Assembly (NCBI GenBank): GCA_963823035.1
Contig: CAWGKG010000020.1
Location: 64,001 to 128,000, forward strand
DNA from: an uncultured Gemmatimonadales bacterium
GTDB taxonomy: Bacteria > Gemmatimonadota > Gemmatimonadetes > Longimicrobiales > Gaopeijiaceae
Direction: 5' to 3'
Length of the DNA stretch: 64,000 nucleotides
A program made the position numbers and the translations under genes. The notes beneath the pieces are model-generated. The model did no database searches. It was not told where the DNA came from and worked only from the letters and a program-made list of their open reading frames with translations. Shown here in pieces: positions 20,256 to 30,912 of the stretch. Each line of letters begins with the position of its first letter. The first letter of the stretch is position 1.

Positions 20256-21569
20256 ATGCCCGAGATCAAGGTACCGGCCGACCAGGTCTTCCCCATCCTC
20301 CAGAGCAACATCCTCGTCGACGGCTTCCATCTGGTCATCGACCTCGAGAAGTCGCACGGCTCCACGATCGTGGGCGCCCTGGAGGGGAAGGAGTACCTCG
20401 ACTGCTACGGCTACTTCGCCACGCTGCCCGTAGGCCACAACCACCCCAAGATGGAGGACGAGGGCTTCCGCAGGTCCCTCATGACGGCCGCCCTCTCCAA
20501 TCCGGCCAACAGCGACATCTACTCCCGCCAGTTCGCCGCGTTCGTGAAGACGTTCCGCGAGATCGCCGTCCCGGACGACTTCCGCTACCTCTTCTTCATC
20601 GCGGGGGGCGCGCTCGCCGTCGAGAACGCCATGAAGGCGGCTTTCGACTGGAAGGTGCAGAAGAACCTCGCCGCCGGCGTCGAAGGCGGCGGCGACAAGA
20701 TCCTGCATTTCAAGGACGCCTTCCACGGACGCACCGGCTACACCCTCTCCGTCACGAACACCGATCCCGCCAAGACGCGCCACTTCCCCATGTTCGACTG
20801 GCCTCGGGTGTCGAACCCGTACGTCGACTTCCCGGTCGACGAAAAGGCCGCGGCGGAGAAGGAAGCGGGGGCCTGCGCAGAGATCGAGGCGGCCTTCGAG
20901 CGGGACCCGCACGGGATCGCGGCGATCCTGATCGAGCCCATCCAGGGCGAGGGCGGCGATCAGCACTTCCGTCCGGAATTCTTCGCCAGGCTTCGGGAGT
21001 ACGCGGACCGCTACGACGCCCTTCTGATCTTCGACGAGGTCCAGACCGGGATGGGCACGACCGGGAAGATGTGGGCCTACGAGCACATGGGCGTCACGCC
21101 CGACCTGATCGCCTTCGGCAAGAAGACGCAGGTGTGCGGTGTGATGAGCACGCGCCGCATCGACGAGGTGGAGAAGAACGTCTTCCGCGTATCGAGCCGG
21201 ATCAACTCCACGTGGGGCGGTAACCTGGTCGACATGGTGCGCTGTGCGCGTTACCTGCAGATCATGCAGGAGGACCGCCTGGTCGAGAACGCCGCGTGCG
21301 TCGGAGAGAAGCTCCTGGACGGGCTGCGGGCACTGGCCGGGAAGCACCCCGAGGTCACGAATGTGCGGGGGAAGGGACTGTTCGTGGCGGTGGACCTCCC
21401 GGACGGGGACACGCGGGCACGCATCCGGCAGGGGTGCTGGGAGCGCGGCCTCGCCGTGCTGGCCTGTGGAGCCCGTTCGCTCCGCTTCCGTCCCCCGCTC
21501 GTGTTCACCGAGGGGGAGGCGGAGCGCTCGCTCGCCGTGCTCGGTGAGGTGCTGACCGAGGCGAGCTAG
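20256..21569 (+). CDS. lat: L-lysine 6-aminotransferase (class III PLP)
   Basis: NPANSDIYS, GGALAVENAMKAAFDWK, FHGRTGYTLS, DEVQTG, AFGKKTQVCG, SSRINSTWGG. Confidence 0.88.
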   Translation: MPEIKVPADQVFPILQSNILVDGFHLVIDLEKSHGSTIVGALEGKEYLDCYGYFATLPVGHNHPKMEDEGFRRSLMTAALSNPANSDIYSRQFAAFVKTFREIAVPDDFRYLFFIAGGALAVENAMKAAFDWKVQKNLAAGVEGGGDKILHFKDAFHGRTGYTLSVTNTDPAKTRHFPMFDWPRVSNPYVDFPVDEKAAAEKEAGACAEIEAAFERDPHGIAAILIEPIQGEGGDQHFRPEFFARLREYADRYDALLIFDEVQTGMGTTGKMWAYEHMGVTPDLIAFGKKTQVCGVMSTRRIDEVEKNVFRVSSRINSTWGGNLVDMVRCARYLQIMQEDRLVENAACVGEKLLDGLRALAGKHPEVTNVRGKGLFVAVDLPDGDTRARIRQGCWERGLAVLACGARSLRFRPPLVFTEGEAERSLAVLGEVLTEAS

Positions 21570-21576
21570 GGCCGCC

Positions 21577-22092
21577 TCAGCAGCCTGCCCGCGGGAGGCC
21601 GAAGGTGGTGGCGGCGAGGCATACGAGCGTACCTCCGTCGAGGACGCCGTCGCGTCGCTCCATGCGACCCGACATGTCGATGAAGAGGTAGCCGAACGTT
21701 CCGGGGGCGCCTGCCGGCGTCTCCGGGACGGGCGCCCCGGGTGGCAGCTCGACCACCACGGGCGGCGTGTCCTGCGGCACCACCCGCACACCCAACGACT
21801 GGAGCGTGGGCTGCGCGGCGAGGAGCGATTGCCGGAAGCGGCGGACGGCGTCCGCCTCGCCGGCGGTCGCCAGGGGGTGGAGGGGATCCACGTCGAACCA
21901 GGCGAACATCGTGGGCGCGAACACCATGGTGGTGTCGCGGCCGCTCACGACCACCGGCCCCCGGTCCTCGATGACGAGGAGGGGCGCGTCGTCCGCGGTG
22001 CGCGACTCCGGCCCAGCCTTCGCCCTGCACCCCGTCAGCGTGACGGCCAGCACCGCGATCAGTGGACCCGGCCTGCAGCGCGCGTGACTCAT
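21577..22092 (-). CDS. Hypothetical lipoprotein
   Basis: LIAVLAVTLTGC lipobox; GGAG-type RBS upstream. Confidence 0.6.
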   Translation of the reverse strand: MSHARCRPGPLIAVLAVTLTGCRAKAGPESRTADDAPLLVIEDRGPVVVSGRDTTMVFAPTMFAWFDVDPLHPLATAGEADAVRRFRQSLLAAQPTLQSLGVRVVPQDTPPVVVELPPGAPVPETPAGAPGTFGYLFIDMSGRMERRDGVLDGGTLVCLAATTFGLPRAGC

Positions 22093-22141
22093 CTCCCTCC
22101 CTCGGGCGGAACATCGTTGTCCCGGAAGGGTGCAACATACT

Positions 22142-22161
22142 AAATTAGTCTATCCTAAATA
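22142..22161. promoter_or_regulatory. DtxR/MntR/SirR-type metal-box operator
   Basis: AT-rich imperfect palindrome AAATTAGTCTATCCTAAATA; its core matches TTAGGTTAACCTAA at 11 of 14 positions; about 25 bp upstream of the DtxR-family gene. Confidence 0.7.
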
Positions 22162-22185
22162 TTTTCAGCCACTCCGGGACCTTCC

Positions 22186-23223
22186 ATGGTCGACCCTGCT
22201 ACGGCCCTTCTCGTCTTCGGCGCGCTCGTGCTGGCTGCCGCGATCGCGCTCTGGCCCCGTTGGGGCATGGTGGCGCGCATCCGGCGCCTCCGCCGCCTGG
22301 ACGAGCGCGTGCGCCTGGAGGACGCGCTCAAGCACGTGTACATGTGCGAGCGGCGCGGCGGGCCCTGCACGCTGGAGAGCCTGGCGGGCCGGCTGGAGGT
22401 GTCGACCGGCCGGGCGGCGGGGATCCTCCAGCACATGGCGCACCTGGGCCTCGTGCAGGTGGGAGGCGAGGATCCGACGCTCACCGACGACGGGCGCCAC
22501 TCCGCGCTGCGCATCGTGCGCACGCACAGACTGTGGGAGCGCTATCTCGCCGACCGGACGGGCGTGCCCGCGGGGGAGTGGCACGACCACGCCGAGCGGA
22601 TGGAGCACGCCCTTTCCGCGGAGGAGACGGACGCGCTGGAGAGTCGGCTCGGCCATCCGCGCTGGGACCCGCACGGTGACCCGATTCCCACGGCGGCGGG
22701 GGAGATCCCGCCGGTGCGCGGGATGGGTCTCTCGGCCGCGGGCGCCGGCGACACCGTGGAGGTTCTCCACCTCGAGGACGAGCCGCGGGAGATCTACGAC
22801 GCGCTCCTCGCGCACGGCCTCGCGCCGGGCGACGTCCTGGACGTGATCGCGCGCTCCGAGCGCACCGTCCGCCTGCGTGCCGGCCGCCGGGAGTGGGACC
22901 TCGACGCCGTGGCGGCCCGCAACGTGACGGTCCGGCGCGTTCCCGCCGGTCGCAGCGCGGGCGAGGCGAGCGCTACCCTCCTCGACGCCGAGCCCGGCGA
23001 GCCCGTGCGCGTGCTGTCGATCGCTCCGGCGTGTCAGGGCGCGCAGCGTCGGCGCCTTCTCGACCTCGGGGTCGTGCGCGGTACCGTGATCGTTCCGGAG
23101 CTCGTGAGCATGTCGGGCGATCCCGTGGCGTACCGCATCCGCGGTGCGCTCATCGCGCTCCGTCGCGAGCAGGCCTCCTGGATCACCGTCGAGCCCGCCG
23201 ACGACGAGGAGGAGGTCGCATGA
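22186..23223 (+). CDS. DtxR/MntR-family metalloregulator with N-terminal TM and two FeoA domains
   Basis: [30 protein letters not shown]-terminal [13 protein letters not shown]...[16 protein letters not shown] (FeoA). Confidence 0.9.
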   Translation: MVDPATALLVFGALVLAAAIALWPRWGMVARIRRLRRLDERVRLEDALKHVYMCERRGGPCTLESLAGRLEVSTGRAAGILQHMAHLGLVQVGGEDPTLTDDGRHSALRIVRTHRLWERYLADRTGVPAGEWHDHAERMEHALSAEETDALESRLGHPRWDPHGDPIPTAAGEIPPVRGMGLSAAGAGDTVEVLHLEDEPREIYDALLAHGLAPGDVLDVIARSERTVRLRAGRREWDLDAVAARNVTVRRVPAGRSAGEASATLLDAEPGEPVRVLSIAPACQGAQRRRLLDLGVVRGTVIVPELVSMSGDPVAYRIRGALIALRREQASWITVEPADDEEEVA

Positions 23224-25469
23224 AGGTGGCCCTCGCTCCGGAGCCCTGCGCGGGTTGCAGCGAGCATCGGAGCCAGAGCCTCGTCCGTCTCGGGCTGAGC
23301 CCCGACAAGTGGGACGTGCTGGTGGCGCTCGCCGGCAACCCCAACGTGGGGAAGAGCACGGTGTTCAACGCCCTCACGGGGCTGCGCCAGCACACCGGGA
23401 ACTGGCCGGGGAAGACCGTGGTTCGCGCCGAAGGCGCGTTCGCCCACCAGGGTCGACGGGTGAAGATCGTCGATCTTCCCGGGACGTACTCCCTGCAGGC
23501 GGGGAGCACCGACGAGGAGGTCGCGCGCGACTTCATCCTCTTCGGTCGTCCGGACGTGACCGTCGTGGTGGTGGACGCCAGCCGCCTGGAGCGGAACCTG
23601 AACCTCGTCCTCCAGATCCTGGAGATCACCGACCGCGTCGTGGTCTACCTCAACCTGGTGGACGAGGCGCGCCGCCACGGCATCGGCATCGACGCGAAGA
23701 GGCTCGAGCGGGAGCTGGGCGTGCCGGTGGTGCCGGGCGTCGCGCGGGAGAACGTGGGCGTCGAGGAGCTGCTCGACGTGGCCATGCTGGTGGCCTCGGG
23801 CGAGCGGCCCACCACCCCGTACCGCATCGAGCGCCACGCACCGGAGATCGAGGCCGCCATCGACCGGCTCGTACCCTTCGTCGAGGAGACCTTTCCGGGC
23901 GTGCCCAACGCCCGCTGGGTCGCGCTCCGTCTGCTGAACGCGGACGAGGCCGTCGAGGAGGCCGTGAAGACGGGCGAGCTGGGGCAGCTCACCGAGATCC
24001 AGGACAGCGGGCCGCGAGGGACGGGTGTGGAGGCCACGCCGGACTTCGAGCACGAGGCGGCCCGGCGTCGCCTGCTCGACGCCGCACGCGAGGGGCGCTG
24101 GGAGCTGCCGGCGGACTTCCACGACGCGCTCATGGAGCGCACCTACGGGGTCGCGGAAGAGCTGGCCCGGCGAGCCCAGGTGAGCGGCCTCAAGAAAGCG
24201 GGCTTCGACCTCGACCGGACGCTCGACCGGCTCATCACCAGCCGATGGTTGGGCCTGCCGCTCATGCTCGTGATCCTCGCGCTGGTGTTCTGGATCACGA
24301 TCCAGGGCGCGAACGTCCCGTCCGCGTTCCTCGCGTCCGTGCTCATCGACAAGGTGCATCCGTGGCTGATGAGCACCGGCGCAGCGATCGGCATGCCATG
24401 GTGGCTGAACGGCTTCCTCTTCGACGGCGTGTACCTCGCGACCGCGTGGGTCGTGAGCGTGATGCTGCCGCCGATGGCGATCTTCTTCCCGCTCTTCACG
24501 CTGCTCGAGGACTTCGGCTACCTCCCGCGCGTGGCCTTCAACCTGGACTCGCTCTTCCGGAAGGCCGGGGCACACGGGAAGCAGGCGCTGACCATGTGCA
24601 TGGGCTTCGGCTGCAACGCGGCCGGCGTGGTATCGACGCGCGTCATCGACAGCCCGCGCGAGCGGCTGATCGCGATCATCACGAACAACTTCTCGCTCTG
24701 CAACGGACGCTGGCCCACGCAGATCCTCATCGCGACGATCTTCATCGGCGCGCTCGCGCCGCCTCCGGTTGCCGGGCTCGTGTCCGCCGCGGCCGTGGTG
24801 GGCATCGCGCTGCTGGGCATCGCCTCGATGTTCGTCGCTTCGTGGGGGCTGTCGCGCACGGTCCTGCGCGGCGAGGCCACGAGCTTCAGCCTCGAGCTGC
24901 CGCCCTACCGGCCGCCGCGCGTGCTGCAGACGCTGTACACCTCGCTGATCGACCGCACCCTGATCGTACTCTGGCGGGCCGTGGTGTTCGCCGCCCCCGC
25001 GGGCGCGGTCATATGGTTGGTCGCCAACATCCACGTGGGTGGGCCGAGCCTCGCGGAGCACTTCGTGGGCTGGCTCAACCCGATGGGCATGCTCATCGGC
25101 CTGAACGGCGTGATCCTGCTGGCCTACGTGGTCGCGATCCCGGCGAACGAGATCGTCATCCCCACCGTGCTCATGCTCACCGTGCTGACGGCGGGGATCG
25201 CGGGGGCGGGGGCGGGCACCGGAGTGATGTTCGATACCGAGACGGCGAACGCCACCGGGGAGTTGCTGCGGGCGGGCGGGTGGACGCTGCTGACGGCGGT
25301 GAACCTCATGCTGTTCAGCCTCCTCCACAATCCGTGCTCCACCACCATCTACACCATCTACAAGGAGACGGGGAGCAGGAAGTGGACGACCGTGGCCACG
25401 CTGCTCCCCCTCGCCATGGGTTTGGTGGTGTGCTTCCTGGTCGCCCAGGTCTGGAGGCTGCTGGCGTAG
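23220..25469 (+). CDS. feoB: Ferrous iron (or Mn2+) transporter FeoB
   Basis: [42 protein letters not shown] overlap with the regulator. Confidence 0.95.
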   Translation: MKVALAPEPCAGCSEHRSQSLVRLGLSPDKWDVLVALAGNPNVGKSTVFNALTGLRQHTGNWPGKTVVRAEGAFAHQGRRVKIVDLPGTYSLQAGSTDEEVARDFILFGRPDVTVVVVDASRLERNLNLVLQILEITDRVVVYLNLVDEARRHGIGIDAKRLERELGVPVVPGVARENVGVEELLDVAMLVASGERPTTPYRIERHAPEIEAAIDRLVPFVEETFPGVPNARWVALRLLNADEAVEEAVKTGELGQLTEIQDSGPRGTGVEATPDFEHEAARRRLLDAAREGRWELPADFHDALMERTYGVAEELARRAQVSGLKKAGFDLDRTLDRLITSRWLGLPLMLVILALVFWITIQGANVPSAFLASVLIDKVHPWLMSTGAAIGMPWWLNGFLFDGVYLATAWVVSVMLPPMAIFFPLFTLLEDFGYLPRVAFNLDSLFRKAGAHGKQALTMCMGFGCNAAGVVSTRVIDSPRERLIAIITNNFSLCNGRWPTQILIATIFIGALAPPPVAGLVSAAAVVGIALLGIASMFVASWGLSRTVLRGEATSFSLELPPYRPPRVLQTLYTSLIDRTLIVLWRAVVFAAPAGAVIWLVANIHVGGPSLAEHFVGWLNPMGMLIGLNGVILLAYVVAIPANEIVIPTVLMLTVLTAGIAGAGAGTGVMFDTETANATGELLRAGGWTLLTAVNLMLFSLLHNPCSTTIYTIYKETGSRKWTTVATLLPLAMGLVVCFLVAQVWRLLA

Positions 25470-25480
25470 CCTCGACCGCT

Positions 25481-26386
25481 CTACTCGCGGATCATGAGCT
25501 CCGCCACCTGGCCCCGGTAGAAGCTGGACTCGATCGTCTGAACGGCGTCCACGAGCAAGTCGCGGGTCGGCCCCTGCGGGTGGTACCTGCGGGCGACCTC
25601 CGTGAGGATCTGCGCCTTGTAGAAGTCGCTGTCCATCCCCGAGGCGGCCCGGATCACGGCGCCCACCTGGGCATCCGGGAGCTCGCCCTTCTCCACCAGG
25701 CGACCGAGCGCCTGCGCGCGGTAGTGGTCGGAGTCGATCCCGGCCGCCACGTCGATGTAGGCCCCCGTCAGCTCGTCCGAGTCGAGCGCCTTCGAGGACA
25801 CGCCCTCCAGCACGGCGTCGATGTAGGAGTCCGAGCCCATGTCGCCCGCCGCGCGTAGCACCACGGCCAGCTCCGCCGAGGCGAGGTCGTTGCGCGACAG
25901 CAGCGCGCCGAGCACCTCGGAGCGGTAGTAGTCGGACTCGATCGAAGCCACCGCGTCCAGGTACCGGGCACGGATCGCCGGAGCGAGGGCATAGCTGTTC
26001 GCGACGGCGCCCAGCACTTCGGCGAGGTAGAAGTCCGAGTCCATGGTCGATGCGGCGGCCACGGTCGCCCCCACCTGCTCGGGGGAAAGGCCCCCGCGGT
26101 CGAGCGCGACCTTGAGGACCTCGCTCCGGTAGAAGTCCGAGTCGATCCGCCCCGCCGCGCCGAGGTACGCGTCGAGCATCGCGTTCGACGCGAGATGGTC
26201 GACGGCGAACGCCTTCAGGATCTCGGCGAGGTAGAAGTCCGAGTCGACCCGGTCGCGGGCCCGCTCCACCACGTCGAGGGCCTGCGCGTCCGACAGGTCG
26301 CCGGCCTGCTTCAGGAGCTCCTGCGAATAGGTGGCGAAGACGTAGTCGGAATCGAGCTGGTCCAGCTCGTGCAGGACGGCCGGCAC
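25481..26386 (-). repeat. Nine protein-level repeats of about 34 aa, core (I/M/V)(D/E)SD(F/Y)Y
   Basis: LDSDYV, VDSDFY, IDSDFY, MDSDFY, IESDYY, MGSDSY, IDSDHY, MDSDFY, IESSFY, evenly spaced in ORF 25481..26386. Confidence 0.85.
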
Positions 26387-28035
26387 GCCACCCTCGCTGC
26401 AGGAGGGCCGCCACGCGCTCGTGCGCCATGAAGCCGGCCCGACGGAACACCTGCAGCAGCATCCCCTCGTACCACGCGCGAGCGGTCGCGTCGAAGGCCT
26501 GCTCGTCCCGGTTCACGCGGTACTCGTAGCTCGGTCGTCCGTTCGCGTCCGCGGTGATCTCGAGCATCCGGCGGGTGCGCCCCTCCGTCTCCTCGATGCG
26601 CAGGAGCGCATCGCGGTCGAGGCGGGCCACGTCACGGAAGTCCGAGGTGAACTCGATGTCTCCGTCGACACGCACCTCGACGTCGCATCCCGGCTTCGAC
26701 CACTGCAGCGTGCGGCGGTCGTTGTTCGACTGGCTCGAGACGTTCTCCCAGCCGTCGCGCTCCGTCCCGCAGCTGCCGGCCTGGAAGGTCGGGCCGACCG
26801 CGAGGGCGGTGTTCACGCCCCGAGACGCGTCGGCCGAGGCCACCACCGGGGTCGGTCCGGAGGCGCGCGCCTCCGGCGCCACCCGCTCGGGGACGTCCGC
26901 CACGCGCGGAGCCGGCGCCAGCGCGCCCAGGGCGGTGACCAGCAGGACGGCCATCGCGACGGCGCCCGCCGCCCGGACGGGGCCGAGCCTTCTGCGTCGC
27001 GTCGCGTCGAGGACGGCACGCAGGCGGCCCGACAGGCTCGAGGGCCGGGCCATCGCCACGGCGGCGCGCGGGGTGGCGCGGTCCGCGCGGAAGGTGCGGG
27101 CCAGGGCCAGCAACTCGTCGGCGTAGTCCGACGGACGGGCGCCGGCGCGCAGGACGAGGTCGTCGCAGGCGTATTCGCGCTCGGCCCGCAGCCGGGTGGC
27201 CGCCAGCCAGGCCAGCGGGTTGATCCAATGCAGCGCGACCGTCACCTCGGCCACGACCTGGGCGAGGCAGTCGGCGCGGCGCACGTGCGCCAGCTCGTGC
27301 ATGAGCACGGCGGCGAGGCGCCTGCGCGACCATCCCTCGGCGCCGGCCGGGAGGAGGACGACGGGGCGGATCCATCCCCAGCTCACGGGCATGGCGTCCG
27401 ACGCGCCACGGAGTAGCCGCACCCGCCGCCGGATGCCCAGATGGCGCGACAGCGTCTCCGTGAGCGTGCGCACCTTCCCCGGGGGGAAGGCCGCCGTGCG
27501 TGCCTCGAGTCGCCACGTGGCGAGCAGGCTCAGGGCGACGCCCACCAGGAGCGCCATGGCACCGAGCGCCCACAGGCCGAGGAGGATCGCGCCTCCCGCC
27601 ACCACGGTCCGAGCGGGGGTCACGGCGCGGGTACTCGCCGCGGCCGCCGCGCTCGGGCGCGTCCGCGTGCCCGGCGGAGGCGGCGCCCTCCGTCGTCGGC
27701 GCGGCTCGCCCGCTCGCCGCCGTCCCGTCGGCGCGGGCCGTCGCGATCGTGATGGGCGCCCGGTCTACCGACGGCCGCTCACCCGGGATACCCGCCCGCG
27801 GCGTCGCCCACGCCGGGAGCGGCGCCGACCAGTGGGGCGTGGCCGCCTGGACGAGGGGGAGGACGAGGAGGCCCACCACACCCAACAACCACACCCAGTG
27901 ACGCCCCGCGGCCGAGCCACGCCGGAGGGTCAGAACCGTCAGGCCGACGAGCGCGAGCAGCGCAAGCCCCTTCAGCTCCAACGCCACGAGTGCACCCACC
28001 CAGCGATCGGCGACTTCCACGATACCGGTCATCAC
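25481..28035 (-). CDS. BlaR1-like M56 metallopeptidase with C-terminal helical repeats; frameshifts near 27630 and 26390
   Basis: AAGRHWVW, PVSWGWIRPVVLLP, HELAH, HWINPLAW, EREYACDD; C-terminal SD(F/Y)Y repeats. Confidence 0.88.
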
Positions 28036-28421
28036 TCCCCCCTCGTCCTCGCGTCCTCGATGAGCGTAGCCAGCTCGTCCAACTCCTCGTCCGACAGATC
28101 CCCCTCCGACAGGTCCAGCACCGCAGCCACCGCCTTCGACGGCGATCCGTCGAAGAACGTTCGCATCATCCGGCGCAGCACCGTCTCCGTGGTCTCCTCG
28201 AGCGGGCGCAGCGGGAAATACACGTAGCGGGCACCGTCCCGCTCGTGGCCCAGCTGTCCCTTGTCCTCGAGCTTGCCCATCATGGCCCGCACCGCCGAGT
28301 AGCTCGGCGGTTCGGGGATCTCCTCCAGCACGTCGGAGACCGACACGCGGCCTCCGCGGTACACGGCGTCCATGATCTGCCGCTCGCGGCGGCTCAGGTC
28401 GACGTAGGATCTGCGGCCCAT
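28032..28421 (-). CDS. BlaI/MecI/CopY family transcriptional repressor
   Basis: LSRRERQIMDAVY, SYSAVRAMMGKLEDKG, FFDGS, LSDEELDEL. Confidence 0.93.
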   Translation of the reverse strand: MGRRSYVDLSRRERQIMDAVYRGGRVSVSDVLEEIPEPPSYSAVRAMMGKLEDKGQLGHERDGARYVYFPLRPLEETTETVLRRMMRTFFDGSPSKAVAAVLDLSEGDLSDEELDELATLIEDARTRGE

Positions 28422-28438
28422 GGGCTCGTTCTCGGTAA

Positions 28439-28475
28439 GTGCTACGAAACTAGCAGCGTGCTAATTTTGTAGCAC
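28439..28475. promoter_or_regulatory. BlaI-type operator (17-bp inverted repeat)
   Basis: GTGCTACGAAACTAGCA-gcg-TGCTAATTTTGTAGCAC (2 mismatches), each arm itself near-palindromic, directly upstream of the blaI-like gene. Confidence 0.75.
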
Positions 28476-28639
28476 CGTGCCGCGGCGTTGTCAAGCATGA
28501 CGACGTCGCGCACACGCGGACGTTTCGGAGATGAACCGTTCTCGCCATCTTTACGAAGATCCTCCCCTTCTCGACTGCCCGGGCCCCGCCCGGCCGCGCG
28601 CCGCGGCCGATCCTCCCCGCCCGATCAGGAGGGTCATCC

Positions 28640-30892
28640 ATGGTCGAAATCCGGATCCACGGTCGGGGCGGTCAGGGCGGCGTTACCCTGGCCAAGCTCA
28701 TCGCCACCTCCCGCTTCCTGACCGGTCGGTCCGTGCAGGCGTTCGGCCTGTACGCCGCCGAGCGCTCCGGCGCGCCGGTGCAGGCGTTCTGCCGCTGGGA
28801 CGACGCGCTGATCACCAACCGCAACCTGATCTACGAGCCGGACCACGTCGTGGTTCTGGATCCCACTCTGGTCGGACCGGCGATCCTGGGCGGATTGAAG
28901 CCGGGCGGGTGGATCCTGGTGAACACGGACGAGGCCCCCGACGCGGCGGCCGCCAGGTTCCCGCGCAACCGCGTGGCCGTGGTGGACGCGACCGCGATCG
29001 CCCGCGGGCACGGGCTCGGTACGCGCAGCGTTCCGATCGTGAACACGGCCCTCGCCGGGGCGGTGGGCCGCATCCTCGGCTTCCCGCTCGACGAGATGTT
29101 GGCCGCCCTCGCCCAGCTCGGGTTCGGAGGTGGCAACGTCCACGCCGCGCGCGACGCGTACGCGGCGGTGGAGACACGCGAGGCCGTCGGCGACGTCACC
29201 GGCGTCGGGGACCACCCTCGGCCCTCGACCTTCGGGAGGGGTCCGAGCTTCGTGGACGGCGCGGGCGGAAAGCAGCCGCTGGTGAAGACCGGTCAGTGGG
29301 CGTCCGAGCAGCCGAAGCGGCAGCAGTACGTGCCGCCCTGCAACCACATCTGCCCGGCCGGCAACGACGTGCAGGGCTTCCTGCACGCCCTCGCCGAGGA
29401 ACGTGTGGACGATGCGCTCGAGATCCTCCTGCGCACCACGCCCTTCCCGGCCACGTGTGGACGGGTGTGCCCGGCGCCGTGCATGGCGTCGTGCAATCGC
29501 GTGCAGCTCGACGGGGCCGTGAACGTGCGCGAGCTGGAGCGCTTCGCGGGTGACCGCGGCAGGGTCGAGCTCCTCCCCTCCGAGATCCGTGATCAGCGGG
29601 TCGCGATCGTCGGGTCCGGCCCGGCCGGGCTGACGGCCGCCTACCACCTGGCGCTGTACGGCTACGGTGTGACGATCTACGAAGCGGGCTCGCATCTGGG
29701 CGGTCTGCTCCGCGCGGGCATCCCGGAGTTCCGGCTGCCGCCCGACGTGCTCGACCGCGAGGTCGAGCGCATCCTCGACCTGGGCGTCGAGGTGGTGAGC
29801 GGCGTCTTCGTGAACCGCGAGCGGCTGCTCACCATCGCGCGCAACAACGACGCCGTCCTGGTGGCGACAGGGCTGCAGGAGCTGCGCGCCCTGCGGCTCG
29901 GCGTCGGGGACGACGAACTGGTCATGCAGGGCATCGACTTCCTGGACCGCGTCCGCTCCGGCGGGCACGCGCGCATGGACGGCGAGCGCGTGGTGGTGGT
30001 CGGCGGCGGCAACACGGCGATGGACGCAGCGCGCTCCGCCCTGCGCCTGGGTGCCTCCGAGGTGCGGGTGGTCTACCGCAGGACGCGCGAGCAGATGCCC
30101 GCGATCGCCGAGGAGATCGACGAGGCGATGGAGGAGGGCGTGGCCTTCGACTTCCTCACCCAGCCGGTGGAGATCCAGCGGATGGCCCAGGCGGATGGCG
30201 ACCTGGGCGAGCAGCACCTGATCTGCCGGCGCATGGAGCTGGGCGAGCCGGACGCCTCCGGACGCCGCCGTCCCGTGGACGTCCAGGGCTCGGAGTTCGC
30301 CGTGTCGTGCCATCGGATCGTCCTCGCCCTGGGGCAGTCGCCCGACCTGTCCGTCTTCCCCGAGGGGACGGAGGTGCGCGAGGGCGAGCGCCTCATCGGC
30401 TTGCTGGAGACGCCCGTCTACGCGGTGGGCGACCTGGCGAACAACGAGGGAACGGTGGCTGCGGCGATCGGCAGCGGGAGGCGCGCCGCGATGCACATCC
30501 ACCAGACGCTCACCGGCGAGGTGGTGGAGGTCGGCGAGGCCACGCGCGTCCGCTCCGACGTGGACGTCTGGCACGACGAGGTGATCCGCGGGGAGGCCCT
30601 GCGCATGCACCTCTTCGAGCGGGCGCCGGTGGCGGGGGGCGCCGCGATCGGCATCGAGCGGCGGGTGACGTCGTTCGACGAGATCCACCAGGGCCTTCCG
30701 GACGCGTCGGAGGCGAAGCGCTGCCTCTCCTGCGGCGTGTGCAACGAGTGCGACATCTGTGTGACCTACTGCCCCGAGGGGGTCCTCAAACGGGTGGGTC
30801 ACGCCCTGGTCTTCGACTACGCGTACTGCAAGGGGTGCGGCATCTGCGTCAGCGAGTGCCCCCGCAACGTCGTGTTCATGAGCCATCTGTAG
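28640..30892 (+). CDS. 2-oxoacid:acceptor oxidoreductase gamma subunit fused to GltD/NfnB-like FAD/NAD(P) oxidoreductase and a C-terminal 2x[4Fe-4S] (delta-like) domain
   Basis: EIRIHGRGGQG...ERSGAPV; PCNHICPAG/CGRVCPAPC; GSGPAG; GGGNTAMD; YRR; CLSCGVCNECDICVTYCP and CKGCGICVSECP, all in one intact 750-aa ORF. Confidence 0.88.
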   Translation: MVEIRIHGRGGQGGVTLAKLIATSRFLTGRSVQAFGLYAAERSGAPVQAFCRWDDALITNRNLIYEPDHVVVLDPTLVGPAILGGLKPGGWILVNTDEAPDAAAARFPRNRVAVVDATAIARGHGLGTRSVPIVNTALAGAVGRILGFPLDEMLAALAQLGFGGGNVHAARDAYAAVETREAVGDVTGVGDHPRPSTFGRGPSFVDGAGGKQPLVKTGQWASEQPKRQQYVPPCNHICPAGNDVQGFLHALAEERVDDALEILLRTTPFPATCGRVCPAPCMASCNRVQLDGAVNVRELERFAGDRGRVELLPSEIRDQRVAIVGSGPAGLTAAYHLALYGYGVTIYEAGSHLGGLLRAGIPEFRLPPDVLDREVERILDLGVEVVSGVFVNRERLLTIARNNDAVLVATGLQELRALRLGVGDDELVMQGIDFLDRVRSGGHARMDGERVVVVGGGNTAMDAARSALRLGASEVRVVYRRTREQMPAIAEEIDEAMEEGVAFDFLTQPVEIQRMAQADGDLGEQHLICRRMELGEPDASGRRRPVDVQGSEFAVSCHRIVLALGQSPDLSVFPEGTEVREGERLIGLLETPVYAVGDLANNEGTVAAAIGSGRRAAMHIHQTLTGEVVEVGEATRVRSDVDVWHDEVIRGEALRMHLFERAPVAGGAAIGIERRVTSFDEIHQGLPDASEAKRCLSCGVCNECDICVTYCPEGVLKRVGHALVFDYAYCKGCGICVSECPRNVVFMSHL

Positions 30893-30912
30893 GACCCGAG
30901 GGGGAGCGTATC

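Noticed and set aside
23034..27623. 1529-aa minus-strand ORF
   Set aside because: Only the first roughly 410 aa are the M56 protein; the rest is off-frame and antisense to feoB (high-GC shadow ORF).
25481..28421. Beta-lactam resistance locus (blaR/blaI)
   Set aside because: No penicillin-binding sensor domain and no adjacent beta-lactamase; the AmpC-like hydrolase is about 16 kb away and belongs to a broad esterase/peptidase family.
28640..30892. Glutamate synthase small subunit or DsrL / sulfur metabolism
   Set aside because: No gltB or dsr genes; the domain is fused to POR gamma inside a por operon.
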